This document shows, in pieces, positions 16,079 through 32,428 of a DNA stretch of 64,000 bases. Location: assembly GCF_009914755.1 (NCBI RefSeq), contig NC_060936.1; one strand, 5' to 3'. The position numbers and the translations under genes were made by a program. Source of the stretch: the human T2T-CHM13v2.0 reference genome, Homo sapiens. A model generated the notes under the pieces. It saw only the letters and a list, made by a program, of their open reading frames with translations. It searched no databases and was not told where the DNA came from. How positions within the stretch are numbered: the first letter of the stretch is position 1; every line of letters begins with the position of its first letter.

Positions 16079-16829
16079 CAGACCCAGCCTAGGGCTTGAG
16101 CCGCCCCTTGGGCTGTCCGCAGTCACCATGGGGACATAGACCCTGGAGGACCCTAAGAGGGACCCTCCATCTGTGGAGAGAATGCAACAGGTGGGCTTCA
16201 GCTACAAATGGAATTTCTCTTGTGCCACTCAAGATGGTCTCTTGGCATGGACTCATTAATCCCCATAAGCCTGCGGGCAGAATAAAATAAGATATAGAGA
16301 GGCACTTACACTGTGGAGCTGATGAGAAGGAAAATGAGTTTGTGCCAGAATACCAAAGAATTGTTTTATTTTCTTATAAATTCTCCCCCATTTCAATTCA
16401 GAGTTTGTTATGGAGGGTGGGAAGGGTGTCCTTGATTAAAACAACAAAAACACTGTTTTCAAAAATGTAGCTGGCTGGTGCCCATGTTGTTTTAATTTGC
16501 TGAGACCAGATTGTCCAGCCCTCATGGATTTGATCCCAGGCAGGCTAGTTTGACTTATTCAGAGAAAACTCTGTTTTTCAGCCACAAACTGTACCCCTAA
16601 CCCTGGCCAAATATGTTGCAATTCCTGCTAAAGGTTCCAACAGTGGTTGTCCAGGAATCCTGAGCCCACATTCCGAGTCCCATCTCCAGACTCTCCTTGC
16701 ATGCCCTCCACATGCCACTGGCCCCTGGAGGAACCACCCTGCAGAGAGACCACAGAACTGCTCTAGGCTTAGCCTCACAGTAAAACAAGACCAGGTACAA
16801 GCATGTGGTAGGTACTCTGTAGTTGTTTG

Positions 16830-17242
16830 CTGAATGAATGAGTGAATGATTGGAGGGGTGGAGAGGTGGATGGGTGGATGGATGGATAGGTGGATGGATG
16901 GATGGATGGATGGATGGATGGATGGATGGATGGATGGATGTGTGGGAGGATGGTTGGATGGGTAGATGGACAAATGGATGAAAAGGAAAATAAGTGAATG
17001 GGTAGGAGGATAGGTGGCTGGGTGGGTGGATGGATGGATGGATGGATGGATGGATGGATGGATGGATGAAGGGATGGAAGGGATGGATGGATGGTTGAAT
17101 AGGTAAATGGGTGGATGGGTAGATGGCTGAGAGGGTAGATGGATGGAAGAGTGGATGGATAGATGGATGGACAGATGAATGGATGGATGCATGTATGCAT
17201 GGATGGATGGATTGGTGGGGAGATGGATGGATGGATGAATGG
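16830..17242 (+). repeat. Complex (GGAT)n array (unit E)
   Basis: About 400 bp of GGAT/GGGT repeats next to an L2-like tail. Confidence 0.95.
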
Positions 17243-17554
17243 TCTTACTGATCATGAGCCTTTTGCATTTCAGGATGAGCTTCAGAACTGAGAGACAATG
17301 TAGCATAGGGATGAACGTGCTGGAGTTAGACAGATCTGAGACTGCAAATTAAATTAAAGTGGTATCTAGTTTGTAGGGTAGTCGAAAGATGATGTGTGCA
17401 CCAAGCACAGCACCTGACCAGGGAGGGGCTGGTGACTGTTTTCATGGACAAGGGTGAAGCCTGTTGTAATCTAAAAGATACTGGGAAAATAGCTTTCTGC
17501 TGAAAATGTCTTTAGCCCAACCTTATTCCCTGCAGGTAAAAAAATTTCTACCAT

Positions 17555-18482
<928 letters not shown>

Positions 18483-18530
18483 TAAACAATTTTTTTAAAT
18501 GCTTAAAATGTAATGTTGAAAACAAATACA

Positions 18531-18845
18531 GGCGGGATGCAGTGGCTCATGCCCTTTGGGAGTGAGCCACCAGCACCCAGCACTTTGGGAGGACAAGGTG
18601 GGCAGATCACCTGAGGTCAGGAGCTCGAGACCAGCCTGGGCAACATGGTGAAACCCCGTCTCTAATAAAAATACAAAAAATTAGCTGAGTGTGGTGGCAG
18701 GCGCCAGTAATCCTAGCTACTTGGGAGGCTGAGGCAGGACAATTGCTTGGACCCAGGAGTCAGAGGTTGCAGTGAGCCAAGATCGCACCTGTGTACTCTA
18801 GCCTGGGTGACAGAGTGAGACTCTGTCTCAAAAAAAAGAAGAAAT
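18531..18845 (+). mobile_element. AluS with fold-back insertion near 5' end
   Basis: Dimer; 18554-18580 is non-consensus. Confidence 0.92.
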
Positions 18846-19139
18846 ACAATATGAAATTTTATATATTAGATGGTCTTATCATTTTAAATGTATATACATA
18901 CATACACACACACAGGAAAAAACACATGGTGATAAGTTTCAGTGACTTAATTCTTCCTTTATTTTTCTGTATTAATGAAGTTTTTTACACTGAGCACATC
19001 CAGAAAACAAAGTTATCAGAGTTATTTTTTCTGGGTTGTTTGAAAGTTTTTACAATGAACATGAATTATATAATTAGAAAAGAATAAAGCTATTGTCACT
19101 GAGAATAAACTAAAACCAAGAAAATCAATTAAACCTTCA

Positions 19140-19430
19140 GGTTGGTTCATACATTCTTTTATACCTATTATGTACCAGGCAGTGTGCTGGAGATGACAAA
19201 GATACAGGCTCCCATCTCTAGACATTCATGCTAATAGGTAATTGTCCTAAGTTCTATGAGTGTATATGTGGTGCTGTATGAGCACAGAAGAAAGAATTTT
19301 TGCCTGGGTTTATGGAGGGCAGGGGACAGGAATGAGGTCTCTGAATCAGTGGCACTGGAGAGGGTTTTGAAGGCAGAGAGGTAAGGACATGGAATATAGG
19401 CAAGGACTTGGGTCTCATCATGGAACAGTG
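19140..19430 (-). mobile_element. L2 fragment
   Basis: tacctattatgtaccaggcagtgtgctggagatgacaaagata...gtgctgtatgagcacagaag. Confidence 0.6.
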
Positions 19431-19494
19431 AGAGAGGCAGGGTCTCCAGGGATTCCTGAACGTAATCCCATGAAGTTCTGGAATCACCGAGGTC

Positions 19495-19730
19495 TGAGAA
19501 CCAGATGCAGCCCACAGACCTGTTTTGTCTGACCTGCATTGTTTTACAGCTTGGACCATGTCTCATAAAACTCCAGATTCCTGGCTTCTTAAACATCTGG
19601 CAATACTGTCCCAATTCCTTCCAGGCCATGAGCAGCTGGGACTGAGAGGCAACCACGCCCTCGGACCCATCCCCCACTTCACTCCCTTATCTTATGTCTG
19701 ACTCTATAGGCATTCAGTTAATGATTCCTG
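19495..19730. mobile_element. MER102 (hAT-Charlie)
   Basis: cagcccacagacctgttttgtctgacctgca...ccagattcctggcttc...atctggcaatactg...taggcattcag. Confidence 0.7.
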
Positions 19731-20779
19731 ACCTCCCCCAGCCCACCACCCTTGTACAGATAAGGAAATTGAAACCCAGGGAGATACGCATCTCGTTCAA
19801 TGGCACCACTGCATTGTGACTGAGCCAGGAGTCTTTACCCCAAACCAAGCCAGACTCAAAGCCGCTGCTTCTTCCTTTATGTGGTCCCAGTTAAACTCCT
19901 GGCCTTGGCTCTCTGGGTAAAGAGAAAACATAATCCTAACCATCTTCATGACTGATTGGCAATATTTTCACTGTGACTTTTCCTCCAGAGACATGTAAAG
20001 ATATCACCGTGAGTTTGTAAGATAATCTTTCCTTTAGAGTTCTGCTGTTCCTTGTCATTTTGCCCGTGAGGATGGCCTGTTGGCCGCACGGGGACGACAG
20101 TCAAGAGAGAACCGTGACCTTGTTTGCATTGCGTTGCTGATACACACGAGTCTTTGAAACAGGCCATCCATGAGCCTCACAACCTCCTGGCATAGCAGGT
20201 ATTAATTACTGTTCACCACTTATTGGAGGAGGAAACGGACGTTCCAAGATATTAAATGGCTTGTTCAAGGTCACACAGCTCATGAACGACTGGTTCCAAA
20301 GCTCCCTGCCCTCTCCACCGCGCCTGGCCGCTCAGAGCCCATGATGAAGTGATTTGGGTAGAGCGAGGTCAGGCCACATCTGTTAACCAAGTAGCCAGTC
20401 CTGGGCTTAAAAATTATTTGTTTCCAACTCTTTTTCTCTTTTCCGTCCCCGTATTGACAGGAACAGCTGTCTTCTTTTTAAAAGGGCTACTTCCATCTCT
20501 TTCATTTTATTGTTTCCACGTCTTTGATTGTTTTGGAACAAGTCCGATGGTGGAGACGGAACAGGGAGATCACGAAGACAGCCTCTCCTTTAAAAAATGA
20601 CCATGATCTCACGCCTCCTCCCAACCCAGTGGAAACTGGAGCACCGCTCAAGGAGACGCTGCTGTCACAGGATCCTGCTTACGGGCACGAAAGCTGGGAA
20701 ATTTCAGAGCCAATCTGGGCCAGGGGAGGCTGGAGCTCGTGAGCTGGGCTGGAAATGATTCTTCCAGACTGCAGAGAAG

Positions 20780-21200
20780 ACAGTGGCCTGCCCGCCGGCC
20801 GGCCTGCCTGCCCTCCCCGAGGCCAACAGGAAATCCCAGAATTTATAGATGACCCCGTTACAAGGCAAGTGTTTTGGAACAAATTGTTCTTCTTTTAAAG
20901 CCTTGTTTTCCACTAGTTTTTCTTTCTGGAGTCCAACCGCAACCCCCACGCCCCCCACCCCGCCCCACCCACCCACCCTTTCCACCTTCCCGGTGTCCTT
21001 GTTAAACCGGGGCCATGGCGCCACCTGCTGCCTGTCGTGGGCAGCGGGACTCTGCCGGGATCCGGTCTTGGGTCCTCCCCCCACCTCCCTTGTCCCAAAA
21101 TGGGTGGGAGAGTGACTTTCTGGCTCCTGTCCCGAGGAGGGTTTGTATAAAGATCACGTATCAAGCCTCAAGAGAACTGCTTCCGTAGTTACGTGACCTA
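20780..21200. promoter_or_regulatory. GC/CpG-rich candidate regulatory element with CTCF-like motif
   Basis: GCGCCACCTGCTGC 21018-21031; CCACGCCC and CCCCGCCCC boxes 20946-20966; many retained CpGs. Confidence 0.5.
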
Positions 21201-21578
21201 AAGACTCATGGCAAACTCTTCCCCCGTCACTTGTCCTCCAGGAGAGCCAGAGCTGGCTGGCAGAAAAGGCAAGTCAGATGGCATCACCATCCAAGGCCAG
21301 GTCTCCACTCCCTGAAAACCAAGTATGCCAGCTTTGAACAACCATGTCAACCCAATGAGCCTTGATTTCTTCAGTACCCTCTGTAGCCAATTTGCTAGGT
21401 GGTATGGAAAATGGATATGCGTGTGCCTGGCCCATGGAAGGGGCTTAATCAACGTCTGCATCCTTTCTCTCCTATTTGGAATATTCCTTATTGGGAAGGA
21501 ATAGCTTGGAGGGTCTTAGAGGTGAAGGCCAGACCTCAGAAAACTGGTATATTTATCTCCTTATAAGAATGTAAGCTT

Positions 21579-21836
21579 CAGCACTTTGGGAGGCCAAGGC
21601 GGGCAGATCATCTGAGGTCAGGAGTTTGAGACCAGCCTGGCCAACATGGAAAAACTCCATCTCTACTAAAAATACAAAAATTAGCCAGGCATGGTGGTGC
21701 ACACCTGTAATCCCAGCTACTCGGGAGGCTGAGGCAGGAGAATCGCTTGAACCAGGAGGTGGAGATGGTAGTGAGCCGTGTACCACTGCACTCTAGCCTG
21801 GTCAACAGAGCAAGATTCTCTGTCTCAAAAAAAAGA
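21579..21836 (+). mobile_element. 5'-truncated AluS
   Basis: Starts at cagcactttggg; TSD gtaagcttca 21571-21580/21837-21846. Confidence 0.93.
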
Positions 21837-21889
21837 GTAAGCTTCAAGAGGGTAGGCCACCCCAGTGCAGATAACAAGCCTCAGCAAAG

Positions 21890-22125
21890 CAGTAAAGGAG
21901 CACAGGCTTGAAGTCCTTACACCCCAGCACCCGCTCAGGAGCTAAGTGACCTTGGGCAAGCTCAGTGTCCTTACTTGTGTCTGGGGATAGTAATAGTAAT
22001 CATACCTCAAAGGGTGGCTGTCGCGCATTGAAATGAGAGAGGGCACGTAAATAATTTAGCAATGGGACTTGTAGGTAGAAAGTGTAGGATTGTAGAGACA
22101 ACTCTAGCTATAATCATTATTATGA
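21890..22125 (+). mobile_element. MIR
   Basis: gtgaccttgggcaag...cagtgtcctt...cacgtaaataatttagca. Confidence 0.65.
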
Positions 22126-22442
22126 GATGACCACAGTGTCTGACATATAAGCATTTAATGAATATCTGAAAAACAAATGAATGAAAACCTCATAGAAAAT
22201 AGGTCAGAAGACTTTGCTTAGTTCCATTTCAGCCACCAACTTGCTATGAGACATGAAATACCCCTGTGCCTGCTCTTCCCCATCCAGAAACCTTTCTTTA
22301 TTGAGGATAAGACTCTCTGATCGGCACCTCAGTTTTCCCACCTGTCAAATGGGCACGACATTCATCTTACCTGTTGCTCAGAGATATGGAGGGGATCTGT
22401 TGAGGCATGTATGTGAAGCTGCTTTGAAAAGTTTAAAGAGTA

Positions 22443-22600
22443 GGCTGGGCATGGTGGGCTCATGCCTGTAATCCGGAACTTGGGAGGACAAAGTGGGAGG
22501 ATCGCTTGAGTCCAGGAGTTTTAGACCAGCCTGGGCAACATAGTGAGATCTCTCTCTACATAGAAAAATACTTTTTTAAAAATAAAATTTAAAAATAAAG
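22443..22600 (+). mobile_element. FLAM/Alu left monomer
   Basis: Single monomer ending ctctctacatagaaaaa. Confidence 0.85.
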
Positions 22601-23145
22601 AGTAAAGGAAGGAAGGGAGTCTTTATTTTCTTTTAGGGTGGTTCCATGTGTCTGGTGGCTTTGCCCTTCCCTGAACGGGTGCCTGGGGCTCTCTGGAACA
22701 AATGGTGTCCCTCCTGACACCAAGTGGTAGTCATATCTGAGCCCCAACTCACTGGCAGCAACATCTGGTGAGTCTGACAATACAAACCCTAGGCAAATTA
22801 ACTCCTTCACTACTGGCACAAGTTGAGCACACTCCAAGAGTGGGTTTCCTCTCTAGAAAAGCTCTTTTTCCAACCCAAAGGGCATAGGAAAGTGCATGGT
22901 GGGTCTCAGGCATGGTGACTAATTGGGGTGACTCACAGCTAGAGGGAGGTGGATCAGGAAGCAAGACTCAGGCCAACTTAGGCACTGTAGAGAGGTGTTT
23001 CAATCCAGTTCAGTGGGCCCTGGGGAGCCATAGAGGAGTCATAAGCAGGGGAGAAAGATATCCAGAAAGAGACTTCAGGCAACACCATGAGGGGTAACTG
23101 ACAGCTAGGACTACAAAGCTCATCCTGTGCCATGCGGCCTAGAGT

Positions 23146-23249
23146 TAGGGTGACCAACTCTCCTGGTTTGTCTGAGACAAAGGGAGCATCTGGGACATAG
23201 GATCTTCAGTTTTAAAACAATGAAGTCCCAGGGTGACTTGGTCACCCTG
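23146..23249. mobile_element. MER81 (hAT-Blackjack MITE)
   Basis: TIRs agggtgaccaa / ttggtcaccct, about 104 bp. Confidence 0.8.
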
Positions 23250-23819
23250 TTCCAGTGTGAATAGCATCTCCTGGAGTTGTGCAATATAGTGACGTTGGCT
23301 CTGTAATCCATACTTCCCCGCCCCCCAACCTCCTCTCTCGCCCTCAAAAATACCGCTCTCCTTTGTCCCATTTCCTCTCAATTCTATTCTGCTGAGCTAC
23401 AACTAGTTTAGCGGATTAACACATTGGAATGGATTGCATGCTTATCCCTTCCAGGTAATATTGTGCATTTAAACAAAGGTCTCCTGCAGATGATGTTTTA
23501 ACCCAATGGAGTGACTCTGACAGTTAAACATTTAGCTCATGAGAGATGAGGAAGATTTGAGGGGTCAGTGGGGGAGTTTCCATGTCACCCACATCACATC
23601 CTGTCAGCAACTGTCTATTTTACCTTGCATGGAGTGGGCGCTGTCTTCCTGGATCTCAGCTCACCAGCCTGCCCTGCCAAGCAAACCTGCAGGAGCCTGA
23701 GCTGCTTAAATATTCTGTAAATAATGCTGACTCCAGAACTTTGAAGATAGACTCACAGAATCACAGCAATAGGATCACAGAATGTCAGAGGAGAAACAGA
23801 TGCTAGACATCATACAGTC

Positions 23820-23975
23820 CAGGGTCAGAAAATACACTGCACTCACATTGCCTCTTCCCCCTGCTGTGCCCATGGCAGACATCACTAATCAATCATGACA
23901 TTGTCTAGCTGAGCTTGTTTGGAGCCTTAGAATACTTTGAGGCATTCAGGGAAGCAGCTATCCATGATCTTGGAT
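23820..23975. mobile_element. MER117 (hAT-Charlie)
   Basis: gtgcccatggcagacatcactaatcaatcatgac. Confidence 0.7.
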
Positions 23976-24054
23976 CTACTAATTGTAGCTAAGGTTTATT
24001 GAATACACTTACAACATTCTTTTTCCCACATCCTTTTTCATTATCATCACCTAA

Positions 24055-24625
<571 letters not shown>

Positions 24626-24639
24626 GTTTCCAAATTATC

Positions 24640-24790
24640 TCTCATCTTCACCACATTCCTCTAGAGCAGATTTTTCTGGATTTTTATTTTACAGATGAAG
24701 AAACTGAGGCCAAGAAGGAGCTCAAGATGAACTGGTAACAAAAGCAGGATGCCGAGCTCCAGTTCCCCTCTTAGGCCGGGAAATTCCACT
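24640..24790 (-). mobile_element. MIR
   Basis: attttacagatgaagaaactgaggcc. Confidence 0.7.
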
Positions 24791-25881
24791 TGGTTCATTG
24801 TCTTCAGCAGCAAACTGCCCGGGGCAGGGGTTGGGGGGTGGGGGAAGACTAGAACCTGTGAGGCTGAGAAAAACCAGATGCCTGATGGATGCTTCCACAT
24901 AGGACCAGGGCGCTGGAGGTAAATGGGGCCTGGTGCCGTGTGGCGAACGTTGAGGGCTCTTTCCCATCCTGCAAATGGCTCTGGGTGTGGAGACAGCCCA
25001 GGGAAGAGGCTGTCTGGGACCATATGGCGCTTGCCAGTGGCACTGAGGCTGTTAGAGACAGCGGTGGCAATCCCACTAATAATACTCCCTTCTCTCCAAC
25101 ATTGACAAGACTCTCCCCACTTCATGGGAAGCACATGAAATCTGGCCTTTTGCCTCCAGAGATTTGGGATTGAAAGCCTGACAGTTTGGACGTACAGCCC
25201 GTGGGCAATGTTACCCTTCTCCGGGGCTTGTGTCTGTGCCAAGAATTCCTAACAAAGGAAGAAAAGATTAATTAATTTAAAAAACCCATAAAAAATGCTC
25301 ATGAAACTGACTAGTAAGAAACTGTCCAGTTTTTTTTTTTTTCCTTGGTAGCGATCAAAATGTCGCGAGTTTCTACACACATATTTTACAGACGTTCCAT
25401 AAATCTTCCCGTGGTGCCTCTTCTCTATAAGTAAGGTCCCTTGGGAAGTCATTGAGGCTTCCTCACTACATGTATTCAAGAGAAAATTGGTTGTAACACT
25501 TAGAGAAGGCGGCTGTCCGGGAGGGGGAGGTAGGGGTGGGGAGTGTGGAGAAGCTAGTCCAAGTTCAGTTGCCAAGGACAGAGAGACAAGGAAGCCTCCT
25601 TTTCTTGGAAATTCCTGAAATTTCCAAACTGTCTTTTACTTCTCATGCACAAATAATCTCTTTGTGCTATCTTTTTTATCCTTTTTGTTTACTTATTTCT
25701 AATCGCCAGAGGGGTCATTCTTTCGCACAAAATCTGAAAAAGTAGACAGAAGTAGAAAGAAAGATACAACCAACCAAATAAACAAAAATCCCACGACAAA
25801 TTCCAAGGTTTTTTTTTGTTGTTGTTTTTTTTTTTTGCTTTGTTGTATTTTGTTTTGGAAGGATTTTCCTGGGCAGTTTGA

Positions 25882-26084
25882 CAGCACCGTTTCAGCGATG
25901 GGGGCCCAATGTTAGTGACAGTTCCGCAGGGAGCTTGTTAACATTGCAGAGTCCCCCAAGCCTGCACCCTTGAGAGTGGGAGTTTGTAGGTCAGGGGGGT
26001 TGGGTCCCCCAAATCTGTGTTTTTAATAAGCCCTTGGGTGACTCCGAGGAGGGCGGTCATCGGACCACACTTTGAGAAATAATG
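25882..26084. mobile_element. MER5-type MITE
   Basis: gggagcttgttaacattgcaga...aatctgtgtttttaataagccc...ggaccacactttgagaaa. Confidence 0.7.
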
Positions 26085-26807
26085 AGTTTCAGATTTTTCA
26101 GACCCTCAGCAAACCTGAGATGTGAAAATCCAGATTTAAAACAAAAATCGGGGGCTAATGATTTGTTTTCTGGAAGGGCTCGGCTTAAATAGGCATTTCC
26201 CTTAGTGCCGTTAACATATGATTCTGTTCACACTCGGTGATTCAGCGAGGCAGCCAGGACTTCATCTGCACCACTCTGGGCCAATACGGCATACCGCCAC
26301 CTTTTTACCGAGCAGCGTTGACGCCCATCTGCTCAAATAAATTAACGTTTCCATCTCAAATAACTCATTTGGCTGGATCATTGAGGTTACACGCCAACCC
26401 GAAGAGGAAGGGGAGGAGGCAATACAGGGGAGGGGGAGAGGCAGGAAAGGCATTTTGCAACGTATAAGTTGCAAGTAATACCGTTGCATTTTTGTAGCCA
26501 GAAAGGAGGGGTGAGTAGATGAACACAGCTACTAGTGTAATTCACATGCACCCTTTTATTATCTGCTTTTCACGACTCCTACTGATGCTTCGGAGGAGGG
26601 TACAGCTTGCAGCTGGATTCGCTGATGGGCGCGATATTCCCTGTGCAAAGACACTGTGGAGTTTGTGTGAGCACATTGTGTGTGCATGGGCATGAGTGTG
26701 TGTATGGGGGCGAGGGTAAGGGGTGGAGGATTGTTCTGCAGAAGATCATGATGTTCAGTGAGACGTACAGAGAACACACAGAGGAGACAGCAGGTAGTTT
26801 CTTTCCT

Positions 26808-27540
<733 letters not shown>

Positions 27541-27569
27541 GGACAACAGATACTTTCAAGTCAGAGAGA

Positions 27570-27745
27570 TCTGAGAGTGAATCCAGCTGTGTCACTCGAA
27601 AATTGTCCAAGTCAGATCGTCTCTCTGAGCCTTGATTTCCTCTCTGCAAAATGGCAGATAACAAGAGCTACTTAATAGGGTCCTTGTAAAGATGAAATAA
27701 AAACATGTGTGTCCAGAGCTTGGCACACAAGTAGGCACTGATGTT
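27570..27745 (+). mobile_element. MIR
   Basis: ctctctgagccttgatttcctctctgcaaaatgg...ttggcacacaagtaggcact. Confidence 0.75.
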
Positions 27746-27874
27746 GGTTTTATTTTCTTACCCTCTTTCAAAGAACCATCCTCAAGGACAAATGGGCATT
27801 TGCGTAAATTCCTGTTGGACCAGTTTGACTTCATCTCAGCTGCTGGATCAAGTTTCTCTATTTTGGAAAAATAA

Positions 27875-28292
<418 letters not shown>

Positions 28293-28660
28293 AAAAAGAG
28301 AAAAAGTTTAATAAACATCTGAAATGCAGAATAAAGAGGAGCTGATGACTGATTGACTGGGCAGAGTTAAATGGGAGGAACCAATAATTAAAAGACTACA
28401 AGTTGGAATGACTAGGAAACTGGTCATCCCTTTAAATGAGGTGAGCAAGAGAAAACCAGCTCCAGGCAAGAGAGACGTGAGAAACCATGATCCTAACCAG
28501 CACTTGTCAAGTCCCTGGTGCTCGTACACCACGCTTAGTACTTTCTAAGTGTGATTTCATTGAATTCATCTAAGAACCCAAGAAAACTGAGACACAGGGA
28601 AACTAAGTCACTTGCCCAAGTACTTTTGTTGGAAGTACTAATGTTGGAGGTACCTACAGG

Positions 28661-29128
<468 letters not shown>

Positions 29129-29402
29129 TATGAAGGCAGACTTGAAGGTCGATTTTAAGAGGAGATGAGAGCTAAGGCAGAGCTTTGAGGGCAGGCTGGC
29201 ACTCTGGGTCCCACAAAGAGCAACCAACAAAAGAAACCCACAAGGAGTCATCAGCAGGTAGGAGGAAGACTGGGAAGCACAGTGAGATCCACCAAGGGGC
29301 AAAAAGTGACACAAAAGAGGGAGGGGCCAGTGAAACCAAATACAGCAAAAGAGTTAGGAGCCTGAGGATTAAGATGCCCCATGATAAAAAAGACATCTTG
29401 CA

Positions 29403-29758
<356 letters not shown>

Positions 29759-29808
29759 TCAACCTAAGTGCTCACTAACCAATGAATGGATGGATAAAGA
29801 AAACGTGA

Positions 29809-29963
29809 CATATATATACATGCACACACACACAGTGTGTATATACATGTGTGTGTATATATGTCACATGGTGTATATATATGTATATATATCATGTATA
29901 TATTATATGCATATTATGTATATACCATGTGATATATATATATGCCACATGATATATATATAT
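29809..29963. repeat. (TA)/(TG)-rich low-complexity tract
   Basis: Alternating purine-pyrimidine tract within L1. Confidence 0.9.
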
Positions 29964-30942
29964 AAAATGAAATACTATTCAGCCATAAAAAAGAACAAAA
30001 TAATGTATTTTGCAGCAACTTGAATAGAACTGAAAGCGATTATCCCATGTGAAGCAACTCAGGAATGAAAAACCAAATACCACATGTTCTCACTTCTAGT
30101 TGGGAGCTAAGCTAAGGGTACGCAGAGGCATAGAGTGGTATCATAGACACTGGAGACTCAGAAGCGGGGCGGGGATGAGGAATGAAAAATTACCTATTGG
30201 GTACAATGTACACTTTTCAGGTAACGGGTACACTGAAAGCCCAGATTTCACCGCTATACAATTCATTCACATTACCAAAAACTACTCATTCCCCTACAGT
30301 GATTGAAATTTAAAAACAAAAGGATGCCTGTACCTTTGGTGATTGAGACATTTCTGTTGGCTTTTGGGACCCCAACTCACAGGACTGGGCAGAAGTCAGG
30401 CTGCAACATACAGAGAACTTAATGGAAGTGAGCAGGCAGCCGAAGTAACCCAGGCTTTCTCATCTCAAGAAGCTCTTCCATTGCCAAGAACAGAGGGCAA
30501 GTTGATGTCACTACAAAAGTGATTTTTAAAGAAAGTCAAACCGCTTAAAGACTGCTTCTTATTTAGGCCCCATGGGTGCTAAGAAATGGCTTCCTCCTTT
30601 TTTTTCTTTTCCTCCTCCTCCCACTTAGCCTCACAAATGGTTGGCAGACTCTATCCTTAAATTGTGGCCAGGGACTGGAGCTGAAAACGCCTTTGAGGAT
30701 TCTTCTGCAGCAACCACTAAAATCTCTGTCTGGAGATGCGAATGCTGCCTCTGAGGCTTCAGAACAGGCAGGGAGGCTCAGAACCAGCTACAGGCTACTT
30801 TCTTTCCTTTGTCTGGACAATTGCAACCAGGAAGGAGAAATCATCATAGGCTGTTTATTTGTAGACATTGGCTTGGCTGTTGGTCTCATTCTGAAATAAA
30901 GACACTAAAAGGGAAATAGGCAGACACCCCTGTCTTCCCCAG

Positions 30943-31147
30943 CCCAGGAGTTTCTACCTGGGCACTAATGACATTTAGAGCATGATGATTCTTTGTTTGC
31001 GGGGGACAGGCTGTCCTGTGCATTGTCTCTGGCCCTTGCCAGATGACAGCAGCACCCCCCACCCAATGTGACAACCAAAAATGCCTCTAGACATTGCCAA
31101 ATGCCTCCTACAGGGGCAACACTGCCCCCTGTTGAGAACCACTGCTC
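30943..31147. mobile_element. MER20
   Basis: ggctgtcctgtgcattg...gtgacaaccaaaaatgcctctagacattgccaaatg...gttgagaaccactg. Confidence 0.85.
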
Positions 31148-31198
31148 TAATTGATTAGCATGTACACAGCGAGCTCCCATAAAAGGCTGAAAGGATGA

Positions 31199-31509
<311 letters not shown>

Positions 31510-31600
31510 TGATTCTATTCTAAGAAGCTAGGAGAACATTCCAGATACTCCTCCAGAAACTACTCAGACTACCAAGCGGGTCAGCTCAAGAAGAGACCTA

Positions 31601-31900
<300 letters not shown>

Positions 31901-32295
31901 AAGAAGAGAACTAAGGTTTGTCTTCCGTTAAACAAAGGCAGACCTTCTAAGCAAAGGTCTTCTGTGAAAAAGACTTTCTGGAATGTAGAGGGGGAAGGCT
32001 TACCCCTGGGGCAGTGAGGATTAAATGAAATAAGACAGGCAAAGTGCTTGGCAGAGGAGTATCAGATGGAAAGTGTTCATTGGTATTATTATTGTTATTA
32101 TTATTCTATGTTCAAAAAACTGCTCATAGCTCTTCAAGCCTTAGAGGGTGCAAAAAGATGCTGCACAGCACGGCCACTCAGGAGGCAGAGCAACAACATT
32201 CCTGACTAGGAGAGTGTAGAGAAGATCAAATTTTGAGCAGAAAAGAACATTCGAGATTATTTGGATCAACCTTTCACTTTACAAGTAAGGAAGTA

Positions 32296-32428
32296 GGCTG
32301 GGCATGGTGCCTCATGCCTGTAATCCCAGCACTTTGGGAGGTCGAGGCAGGAGGACTAGGTGAGTATAGGAATTCGAGACCAGCCTGGACAACATAGCAA
32401 GATCCGGTCTCTATAGAAAAACAAAAAT
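32296..32428 (+). mobile_element. FLAM inserted into antisense MIR
   Basis: Monomer with perfect 14-bp TSD caagtaaggaagta 32282-32295/32429-32442. Confidence 0.9.

Noticed and set aside
16578-17306. 242-aa His/Pro/Ser/Ile-rich ORF
   Set aside because: Translation of a (CATC)n microsatellite, which lacks stop codons.
22443-22600. 7SL or BC200 RNA gene
   Set aside because: Only a diverged Alu left monomer; lacks the 7SL S-domain and the BC200 unique 3' domain.
24661-25242. 193-aa minus-strand ORF
   Set aside because: No recognisable domain, non-ATG start in the sequence, and the C-terminus is MIR-derived.
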